Below the pieces are notes generated by a model that was not told the origin of the DNA, searched no databases, and saw nothing but the letters and a program-made list of their open reading frames with translations. A DNA stretch of 64,000 nucleotides from an uncultured Rickettsiales bacterium (GTDB lineage Bacteria > Myxococcota_A > UBA796 > UBA9615 > CAYRNR01): NCBI GenBank assembly GCA_964639985.1, contig CAZXHG010000008.1, forward strand, positions 2,116 through 66,115. The letters are read 5' to 3'. Below, in pieces: positions 29,206 through 36,869 of this stretch (its first letter is position 1; every line of letters starts with the position of its first letter). Position numbers and translations under genes: made by a program.

Positions 29206-31005
29206 ATGGGCAGGGGGCGCCGTGTGGCGGGGGGGGCGGGATTGCTGGGGGTGCGCGCGCTCGGGTCGGTGCATGGGGGTCAGGGCGGCGACGGGGGGGG
29301 AGGTGGTTGCGACTGCCTGTGCGATGGCGCGGGCTCGAGTTGCGATCTCGATGCTGTCGTCGTGTTGAACGAGGTGATGGTGGATCCGGACGGTGCGGAC
29401 GGTGGGCTGGAGTGGGTCGAGCTGTTCAATGCGGCCCCTTCTCCGGCCGATCTCTCCGGCTGGGAGATCCACTGGTTCAAGTCGGATCCGGAGGAGGAGT
29501 CGGGCAAGGTGATCCTGCCCGGAGGCACGGTTCTGCACCCCGGGCGTTTCCTGTTGCTCGGTGGTGAACTGCTCGTGCCGGCGCCCGGAGTGGTCGCGGA
29601 GCTGGCCATCGGCAACGGCGACCGGGGCGACGGGGTCCACCTCTACGACTGCGAGATGGGGCTGGTCGACGCGCTGGTGTACAGCAAGGACACGGATCCC
29701 GTGACCGGCGAGCCGGTGAACATCGACTGCATCATCGACGAGTCGGGGCAGTGCGCGACCTCGGTGGTGCTCAAGCCGGGACAGGGGAGCTCGCTCTCTC
29801 GCGTCGAGGACGGCCTGGACACGGACCGCAGCGGCGACGACTTCTGTGGCTGCGAGTCGCCCACGCCAGGCGCGTCCAACGACACGTGCTGCGTGTCGCC
29901 GCCGACATGTCCGGTGCAGGCCACATTGATGCTGTCGGAGCTGATGCCCGATCCGTTCGCAGACCAGGACGCGACCGAGTACGTGGAGGTCTTCAACGCG
30001 GGAACCGAAGCGGTTCCCATGGCCTGCGTGGTGGTCTACGACTCCGGCGCGGAGGTGGGTGCCGGGCGGATGGCCGAGGAGTGTGGGTGGAGCATCCCGG
30101 TGGACGGCTACGGCTTGTTCTCCGCCGACGCGGACACCCTGGCCGGGCAGGTCGCCGCCGAGGTCTGCCAGCTCTCCCTCGGCCTCACCAATACCGGGGA
30201 GGTCTGGGGCGTCGGTTTCGTCGATGTCGATGGGAACGAATCCATCTCGGAGAGCCTGGACTGCGAGTCGGAGGCGTGTGGGATCGTCCAGGGAGTCGCG
30301 ATCAACCGGGCTGTTGCCGAGCTGGACGAGGGCATCGTCGGCGATGGCACGTGGTGCGACGCCACGTCGGTGTTCCACAGCGACGACGACGGCGACCATC
30401 ACGGGACACCCGGCGCGGTGAACGACGCCTGTCCGGAGATCGAGGAGGTCTGGCTGGACATCGGCGACGCGGTGCTGACCGAGCTGATGCCGCAGCAGCC
30501 TGCCTCGCTGTCCGCCTCGAATGCGGAGTTCGTCGAGGCACTGAACGTGTCCGGCCAGGACATCCCGCTGGCCTGGCTGTCGGTGGTCGACGGCGCCCTG
30601 TCCCGGCAGCTGACCTGCGACGAGGGCGTCGAGACCTGGTTCGACGGCGAGCTGCTGCTGGTGGCGGGCAGCCGTTCGCAAGCCGACAACGGCGGCATCG
30701 ACGTGTCCTGCGAGGCCGGGTTCGCGCTGAACGATGGGGGCGACTCGATCGGCCTGGAGTACGTCAACCCCGACGACTCGACCACCCTGCTGGACAGCGT
30801 CACCTATGACGAGGACGGGTGGTCGTATCGCCCGGGCGTGTCCTTCCAGCTGTCCGCGGTCCACGGATGCGAGTCGATGGAGTCCAACGACGACCCGGGG
30901 TGCTGGTGCGCGTCGTCGATCGGGTACGGCACCCCGGCCGGGGACGACGAGCAGCTCGGCACCCCGGGTGAGCCCAACCTGGTCTGCGAGGGTGGCCCGG
31001 AGTGA
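29206..31005 (+). CDS. Secreted protein with three lamin-tail domains (LTD) and Cys-rich spacers.
   Basis: Three LTD signatures: VVLNEVMVDPDG...EWVELFNAAPSPADLSGWEI, LMLSELMPDPF...EYVEVFNAGTEAVPMA and AVLTELMPQQP...EFVEALNVSGQDIPLAWL. The N-terminal leader is weak, so the start could lie elsewhere. Confidence 0.75.
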   Translation: MGRGRRVAGGAGLLGVRALGSVHGGQGGDGGGGGCDCLCDGAGSSCDLDAVVVLNEVMVDPDGADGGLEWVELFNAAPSPADLSGWEIHWFKSDPEEESGKVILPGGTVLHPGRFLLLGGELLVPAPGVVAELAIGNGDRGDGVHLYDCEMGLVDALVYSKDTDPVTGEPVNIDCIIDESGQCATSVVLKPGQGSSLSRVEDGLDTDRSGDDFCGCESPTPGASNDTCCVSPPTCPVQATLMLSELMPDPFADQDATEYVEVFNAGTEAVPMACVVVYDSGAEVGAGRMAEECGWSIPVDGYGLFSADADTLAGQVAAEVCQLSLGLTNTGEVWGVGFVDVDGNESISESLDCESEACGIVQGVAINRAVAELDEGIVGDGTWCDATSVFHSDDDGDHHGTPGAVNDACPEIEEVWLDIGDAVLTELMPQQPASLSASNAEFVEALNVSGQDIPLAWLSVVDGALSRQLTCDEGVETWFDGELLLVAGSRSQADNGGIDVSCEAGFALNDGGDSIGLEYVNPDDSTTLLDSVTYDEDGWSYRPGVSFQLSAVHGCESMESNDDPGCWCASSIGYGTPAGDDEQLGTPGEPNLVCEGGPE

Positions 31006-32966
31006 TCGGCTGCGCGTCCCGGCCGCCACGATCGGCGTGTCTGCTGCCGCTGGTGGCGCTGGTGCCGCTGCTGACCGCCTTCGACTACGGCACGCCGATC
31101 CACGTGCGCACCGAGGAGGATCTCTACCAGCTCGAGCTCGACGGCGAGATCGACGTCGACCAGCGGGACACGCTGCTGCAGCTGCTGGACGAGCCGCTCG
31201 ACCTGGCTGTGGCCAGCTGGGACGAACTGCAGCTGCTCCCCGGGGTCACCGCGGAGTTCGCCGATGCGGTGATCGCGGCCCGGGAGCGCTCGCCCTTGCT
31301 CCGCGCGTCCGATGTGGAGCCGGTCGTGGGGACCGGTGTGTGGCTCCTGTGCCGTCCTTTGGTGCCCGTGGGCGGGCGGGGCGGACCGGCGGGGGTCGGG
31401 GGGCACGTGGCGCTGCGCGCGCTGGAGCAGCTGCAGGACTCACGCTTCCCGGTGGTCTACCTCAAGGGCCGGACCTGGGTGGGGGACTGGCTGGACGTGG
31501 GTGTGCTGGTGGCCGAGCAGGAGGATCTGGTCGGGGTAGAATATGGCGGCTCCACCGTGATCGCGGACGACTTCCGTCCGCGGGTGGCCCTGGAGCGCGC
31601 CCACGCGCTGGTCGAACGGCGCTCCTGGGCGGTGATCGCAGGGCACTACCAGGCTGGTTTCGGGCAGGGGCTGGTGTTCGACGTCACGGACCGGGTGCGA
31701 CCCCATGGATTCCGCCCTGACCTGCGGCTGAACGAGGACTACGAGGACCGTGACAGCTACAGTGTATCCCGGCGGCTGCTGGGACTGGCCGGCCGCGCCG
31801 TCATCGACCTGCACAACGGCGACCAGCTCGACCTGGTCCTGTTCGGCTCCGTCGCCCCCCACGACCTGTACTTCGGCGACCTCGATCCCAACGACCTCAA
31901 GGTCACCAGCGGGGAGGAGGTCACACACCCGACCTTCCCGGCCGTGTACCGCGAGGATCTCCTGGGGCTCGGCGCGGCCTGGCGCTGGACGAGCCGCAGC
32001 CACGTGGGCGTGACCGGGTGGTTCGGCCGTGCGGTCAAGGCCTACGAGTTCGACTTCACCGGCACGCCCATTCCCAATCGACCGCTCTACGGCGCGATCG
32101 GCGCGGACGTGGCCGTGCAGGTCCGCCAGTCGGACCTGTTCGCCGAGGTGGCCGTGACCGACTCCGGCGGCGTGGGCACGCGCGCGGAGTGGCTGGTCAC
32201 GCCGCCAGGGGCCGAGATCAGCATGGCCGCGCGCTACTACGGTGCGGGGTTCGACAATCCCCACTCCCGGGGCCGCTCCCAGCCGGACGAGTTCGGCCGC
32301 ACCGAGGACGAGGGGGAGGTCCTGCCCGGGGGCAAGCGTGACCGGGACGAGGTCGGACCACAGCTGCGGTTGGTCGCCGCGCCGCTGGCCTGGCTCCACC
32401 TCGTGGGCAAGGGTGACCTGTGGGCCGCGCCCTCGACCGGGATCGTCAACCTGTACGCCGAGGGTCGCGCGGACCTGGATCCACTGCCCTGGCTCGGCGC
32501 CGACCTGTTCGTCAGCACGCGGGACAAGGACCTGACCGAGGGCGGCCGCGAGTTCACCTACTCCGACGGGGACGAGGACACCGAGAAGGGGCACCGCGTA
32601 GCCCTGGGTGCAGGCCTGCGGCTGTCGCCACTGGAGTCGTTCACGTTGCAGACGTTCGTCAAGGATGCCTACGAGGACAGCGACGACCACGACGACGCCT
32701 ACCTGCACACCGTGTACACCTGGACGCGGCTGCGGTGGGCCCCGTTCGAGTGGCTGGCATTGACCGCGCGGTTGAAGGTACTGCAGGAGGATCTCGCGGA
32801 TCCCGACTCCGGCGAGCACTACCTCGACCTGTACGGGCAGGTGGCCCTCCGGCTGCCTGGGCGGGTGCTGCTGCTGGCGCGCTACGACGTGCGGCGGGAC
32901 CTCGGCGAGCCCGCGGAGCCCGAGACGATCCACAAGCTCAAGGCCTGTGCGGAGGTGAGGTTCTGA
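31002..32966 (+). CDS. Putative outer-membrane protein with an N-terminal ComEA-like helix-hairpin-helix DNA-binding motif and a C-terminal beta-barrel-type terminus.
   Basis: The GTG start overlaps the stop of the LTD gene. Signal-like CLLPLVALVPLLTAF. HhH segment WDELQLLPGVTAEFADAVIAARERSPLLRASDVEPVVGTGVWLL. The protein ends ...KACAEVRF (C-terminal Phe, OMP-like). Confidence 0.6.
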   Translation: MIGCASRPPRSACLLPLVALVPLLTAFDYGTPIHVRTEEDLYQLELDGEIDVDQRDTLLQLLDEPLDLAVASWDELQLLPGVTAEFADAVIAARERSPLLRASDVEPVVGTGVWLLCRPLVPVGGRGGPAGVGGHVALRALEQLQDSRFPVVYLKGRTWVGDWLDVGVLVAEQEDLVGVEYGGSTVIADDFRPRVALERAHALVERRSWAVIAGHYQAGFGQGLVFDVTDRVRPHGFRPDLRLNEDYEDRDSYSVSRRLLGLAGRAVIDLHNGDQLDLVLFGSVAPHDLYFGDLDPNDLKVTSGEEVTHPTFPAVYREDLLGLGAAWRWTSRSHVGVTGWFGRAVKAYEFDFTGTPIPNRPLYGAIGADVAVQVRQSDLFAEVAVTDSGGVGTRAEWLVTPPGAEISMAARYYGAGFDNPHSRGRSQPDEFGRTEDEGEVLPGGKRDRDEVGPQLRLVAAPLAWLHLVGKGDLWAAPSTGIVNLYAEGRADLDPLPWLGADLFVSTRDKDLTEGGREFTYSDGDEDTEKGHRVALGAGLRLSPLESFTLQTFVKDAYEDSDDHDDAYLHTVYTWTRLRWAPFEWLALTARLKVLQEDLADPDSGEHYLDLYGQVALRLPGRVLLLARYDVRRDLGEPAEPETIHKLKACAEVRF

Positions 32967-33493
32967 TGAGAGCGAGATTTCGGGTGGGGCGGGTGGCGCC
33001 GCTCCTGGCTGCGTGGTCGGTCGTGGGGTGCATGGACTGCACCCGCGAGGTGGGCGAGCCCTGCCACGACCGCGTGGAGGCCTCCGTCGCCCGCGTGGTG
33101 GACGGCGACACGTTCGACGTGGAGACCCCTGTGGTCCTGGGCGAAGCGGGCGAGATCGAGCGGTTCCGACTGCTCTGTCTGGATACCCCGGAGACCGGCG
33201 AGTGCCACCACGGCGAGGCGACCGAAGCCCTGCGAGAGCGGATCGAGGGGCGGACCGTGACGCTGGCGTTCGCCGAGGAGTGCATCGGCGAATACGGGCG
33301 TGGACTGGTGTACGTGGTCGTGGACGGCAGCGTGGTCAACGTGGACATGGCGCGGGCTGGCCACGGCCGCCTGATCCACGAGCCGTACGACGACCACGCG
33401 TGCTGCGTGGACGTGGATGCCGGCGAGCAGGTCGCCCACGCCGACCAGCTGGGGGGCTGGGGCACGTGTACGGGGTCTCCCTGGTCGCTCTGA
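32966..33493 (+). CDS. Staphylococcal-nuclease-like (thermonuclease/SNase) lipoprotein.
   Basis: ATG overlaps the upstream stop (TGATG) after a GGAGGTGAGG RBS. Lipobox AAWSVVGC. SNase motifs are VVDGDTFDV and RFRLLCLDTPE (Ca-binding and catalytic Asp/Arg/Glu context). Confidence 0.8.
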   Translation: MRARFRVGRVAPLLAAWSVVGCMDCTREVGEPCHDRVEASVARVVDGDTFDVETPVVLGEAGEIERFRLLCLDTPETGECHHGEATEALRERIEGRTVTLAFAEECIGEYGRGLVYVVVDGSVVNVDMARAGHGRLIHEPYDDHACCVDVDAGEQVAHADQLGGWGTCTGSPWSL

Positions 33494-33497
33494 TGCA

Positions 33498-33836
33498 TTG
33501 GCCACGGACGGCCAGCGGATCCACTTCGAGCGGGAGCGCGCCGGCCTGGGCTGCGCCTGCTACAGCCGCCAGCTCGTGGTGTACGAGTTCCACGCCCAGG
33601 ACTCGCCGTTCCGCGACGACGTGCTGCTCGCCCCGCCACCCAACTACAGCCTGTTCCACGTGGACCGCGACCCCGACGGCCACGCCCGCGACTACCGCCT
33701 CGACCTGCGCCGCCTCGCCAGCTTCGCCAACCCGTCCATCTACCGCGGCGGCATCGCCGTGGCCCACGCCCGCTCCCTGGTCGTGGATCGCCTCAGCGGC
33801 CGGATCAACCGGCGCGAGCTACGGGTAGCCCGGTAG
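33498..33836 (+). CDS. Possible small hypothetical protein downstream of the nuclease gene; start uncertain.
   Basis: Reading frame with protein-like composition (...IHFERERAGLGCACYSRQLVVYEFHAQDSPFRDDVLL...IYRGGIAVAHARSLVVDRLSG...). TTG at 33498 is the first start after the nuclease stop. The track ORF 33417..33836 would overlap the nuclease by 77 nt. Confidence 0.3.
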   Translation: MATDGQRIHFERERAGLGCACYSRQLVVYEFHAQDSPFRDDVLLAPPPNYSLFHVDRDPDGHARDYRLDLRRLASFANPSIYRGGIAVAHARSLVVDRLSGRINRRELRVAR

Positions 33837-33953
33837 GTCGGTTCAAGCGACCGCAGCGCCAGCGAAGGCCGCGGAACCGACGATCCCGGCCGGCCTCCCA
33901 CCCCGTTTCCAGGGGCGTCCGAGATGGCCCGGGGTGGGGCGGCGACGACCGGG

Positions 33954-34889
33954 TCAGTACCAGTCCCACCATGGTACGAAGGTGCGCTGGGAAGCCACCA
34001 GGAGTTCGATGGGCCCATCCACGCCATCCACCACGTCTCGTGTGAACCTCCGCAGATACGACATCTCGCACTCCCCGCACGAGGGGATCTGGAACAGCCC
34101 GGTCAGCTCACCCGAGATGGTGATCTCACCGTCGTCCTCGGTCTCGCAGTAGATCGTCGTCAGGTCGACCGACCCGTGCCAGCCTGTAGCAAGGATCACC
34201 TGGATGCGACCAGGACTCGCCGGATCCGCCTCCCACTCGATGGTGTAGTCCTCCCCCGGCTCGAACCCGTGCGCGTTCGGCTGGGACTGCAGGTCCGACA
34301 CCCCCTGCGCGCTCATCGTGAACGCCGGCGTGACGCCACCGGCCGCGGTCACCGACACCTCGTCAGCGGGACCGAACAGGTCTGCCGGGATGTCCCACGA
34401 CATCGGGTACCAGCCGCTGCCGTCCGGCTCCAGCACCTGCTCCTCGGCGATCCCGCTGACCGTGATGGTCCCCGCGGGCGCTACCTCCGGATACGGCACG
34501 CACTCCCCGTCCACGCACAGCTCCCCGGGTTCGCACTCCGGATCGCAGTTGAACGGCTCGGTGCGGTCTCCCTTCAGGACGACACAGTCCCCGGCGGCCG
34601 CGACCTCGACCTGCGTGGTCGGCACCGCCGCAGCCCAGATCTCAGCCGTCACGGTGGCCCCGGACACCGAGTCCTCCCACATGTGCTCGATCACCTGGAT
34701 CCGCCCGGCGAGCTCCGTGGGCAGCGGCGCGTCCCCGCTCCCCGTGTCGTCGTCATCGGCCACGTCGTCGTCATCGTCGTCGGCCACGTCGTCGTCGCCA
34801 ACCACGTCGTCATCGGCCACGTCGTCGTCGTCCGTGGCTGGACAGCCGAGCCACATCACCGCGAGCAGCCACACCAGGGTCGAACGCAT
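33954..34889 (-). CDS. Hypothetical lipoprotein with a poly-Asp linker.
   Basis: ATG at 34889 preceded by GGAGGTGG. MRSTLVWLLAVMWLGC lipobox, then DDDDVADDDVVGDDD..., then a Cys-containing domain (CDPECEPGELCVDGECVP). Confidence 0.65.
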   Translation of the reverse strand: MRSTLVWLLAVMWLGCPATDDDDVADDDVVGDDDVADDDDDDVADDDDTGSGDAPLPTELAGRIQVIEHMWEDSVSGATVTAEIWAAAVPTTQVEVAAAGDCVVLKGDRTEPFNCDPECEPGELCVDGECVPYPEVAPAGTITVSGIAEEQVLEPDGSGWYPMSWDIPADLFGPADEVSVTAAGGVTPAFTMSAQGVSDLQSQPNAHGFEPGEDYTIEWEADPASPGRIQVILATGWHGSVDLTTIYCETEDDGEITISGELTGLFQIPSCGECEMSYLRRFTRDVVDGVDGPIELLVASQRTFVPWWDWY

Positions 34890-34977
34890 CACCACCTCCA
34901 CCGCGAATTGTCTCCAATTCCCGGGCCCGCCGCCAAGGTCCCTTGATGCCCCCTCGCGGGCGTGCCATACATCACCC

Positions 34978-35715
34978 ATGACCGACGTTGCCCCTTCCGT
35001 CCGGGTCCGCCACCTGTCGTTCCACTACGACCCGGACATGCCGCCCGCCCTCGTGGACGTCGACCTCGACCTGCACCCGGGCTGCCGTTGCCTGCTCGTG
35101 GGCGCCAACGGCGCGGGCAAGAGCACCCTGCTGCGGGTGCTGTCCGGACTGCACATGGTCGATCCGGACATCGTCCGCGTCCTCGGCAGGCCCGCATTCC
35201 ACGACCCCTCCCTGTGCAAGGAGGTGGTGATCCTGGGCGACCGCTTCCCGTTCGACCAGGACGTGCCGGTGCACAAGATCCTGGCCGGCGCGATCGAGGC
35301 GGACCCGGATCGACGAGACGAGCTGATCTCCCTGCTGGGCGTGGACACGAACTGGCGCATGCACGCGCTGTCCGACGGCCAGCGGCGCCGGGTCCAGGTG
35401 CTGCTCGGTCTGCTCCGGCAGCCCAAGGTGCTGCTGCTCGACGAGGTCACCACCGATCTGGACGTGATCGCCCGCGAGGACCTGCTGGAGTTCCTCCGCC
35501 GCGACTGCGAGCAGCGCCGCACGACCATCCTGTATGCGACGCACATCTTCGACACGCTCGACGACTGGGCCACGCACATCGCCTACCTGTCCGGCGGCCG
35601 CATGGCCCTGGTCTCCCGCCTCGAGCACGTGCCCGAGCTGAAGGACCTGCGCGCTGCCGGCGTCTCCTCTCCCCTGAACCGGCTGATCACGGGGTGGTTG
35701 AGGAGCGAACGATGA
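34978..35715 (+). CDS. ABC transporter ATP-binding protein.
   Basis: Walker A GANGAGKST, signature LSDGQRRRV, Walker B LLLDEVTTDLD, H-loop ATHIFD. 245 aa. Confidence 0.9.
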   Translation: MTDVAPSVRVRHLSFHYDPDMPPALVDVDLDLHPGCRCLLVGANGAGKSTLLRVLSGLHMVDPDIVRVLGRPAFHDPSLCKEVVILGDRFPFDQDVPVHKILAGAIEADPDRRDELISLLGVDTNWRMHALSDGQRRRVQVLLGLLRQPKVLLLDEVTTDLDVIAREDLLEFLRRDCEQRRTTILYATHIFDTLDDWATHIAYLSGGRMALVSRLEHVPELKDLRAAGVSSPLNRLITGWLRSER

Positions 35716-36839
35716 GGACCGGGTCCTGGCTGGTGCTGGCCCTGGCGCTGGTGGGCTGCCCCGCGGACGAGCTCCTGGACGACGACTCGGCCGCGGGCGA
35801 CGACGACGACATCGACCAGCCCGTGGGCATACCGGTCACGGTGTGGGACGAGCAGTGGGCATGGCCGTCGTACACCCTGTACTCGGGCCGCTACACCGAG
35901 CAGGCCCACCTGCTGGACATGACCGGGGCCGTGGTGCACACGTGGTCCTATCCCCAGGGGCTGACCTGGTGCTACGCCGAGCTGCTGGAGGACGGCACCC
36001 TGGTGGTCATCGTCAAGGAGCAGGAGGACCAGTTCGACGGCATGCTGTTCGAGCTGGACTGGGACTCCAACCTGTTGCGCACGATGACCGTGCCGGCGCA
36101 CCACGACTTCGTGCGGCGGGAGAACGGCAACACCCTCGTCCTGGCCCGCGAGTACGTGACCAACGACGCGATCCGGGCGGGCAGCCTCAAGAGCGACTTC
36201 CTCGTGGAGCTCACGCCGGACGACGAGGTCGTGTGGGAGTGGCACGCCGACGAGCACGTGGACAAGCTGGATCAGCTGGTGGACCTGGAGCTGCCCGCGG
36301 ACGACCGCGACTGGGCGCACACCAACACGGTGGAGGTGCTGCCCGCCTCCCCGGCCGGGGACGCGGACGAGCGGTTCGCCGAGGGCAACGTGATGTTCTC
36401 GATGTGCAACCAGGACACCATCGGCGTGATCGACCCGGACACGGACGAGGTGCTGTGGGCCTGGGGACCGGGCGAGACCGAGGGCCAGCACATGCCCACC
36501 ATGCTCGACAACGGCCACCTGCTGATCTACGACAACGGCTCCACGCGGGAGTGGTCGCGCATCATCGAGCTCGATCCGCTCACCGAGGAGATCGTGTGGT
36601 CCTACCCGGCGGACGGGGAGGGCGACTTCTACTCCCGGATCCACGGCGGCAACCAGCGCCTGCCCAACGGCAACACCTTTGTCTCGGACTCGGACAACGA
36701 TCGGCTGTTCGAGGTCACGCCCATCGGCGACATCGTGTGGGAGTGGGTGACCTGGGAGTGGAACCACGACGACGACGAGATCATGCGGATCTACCGCTCA
36801 CAGAAGCTGGATGCGGAGTGGGTGGAGGCGCGGCTCTGA
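35712..36839 (+). CDS. Hypothetical lipoprotein (putative beta-propeller), translationally coupled to the ABC ATPase.
   Basis: ATGA overlap with the ABC stop. MRTGSWLVLALALVGC lipobox then an acidic linker. Trp-rich repeats (VVWEWHADE, VLWAWGPGE, IVWSYPADG, IVWEWVTWEW) suggest a propeller. Confidence 0.7.
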   Translation: MRTGSWLVLALALVGCPADELLDDDSAAGDDDDIDQPVGIPVTVWDEQWAWPSYTLYSGRYTEQAHLLDMTGAVVHTWSYPQGLTWCYAELLEDGTLVVIVKEQEDQFDGMLFELDWDSNLLRTMTVPAHHDFVRRENGNTLVLAREYVTNDAIRAGSLKSDFLVELTPDDEVVWEWHADEHVDKLDQLVDLELPADDRDWAHTNTVEVLPASPAGDADERFAEGNVMFSMCNQDTIGVIDPDTDEVLWAWGPGETEGQHMPTMLDNGHLLIYDNGSTREWSRIIELDPLTEEIVWSYPADGEGDFYSRIHGGNQRLPNGNTFVSDSDNDRLFEVTPIGDIVWEWVTWEWNHDDDEIMRIYRSQKLDAEWVEARL

Positions 36840-36869
36840 TCCCTGGATGACCGCAGCTGGAGCAAGCCC

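Noticed and set aside
34962-36839. 625-aa plus-strand ORF
   Set aside because: Only its last 376 codons (from the ATG at 35712) form the real lipoprotein. The first ~250 codons are an out-of-frame overlap of the ABC ATPase gene (Arg/Pro-rich).
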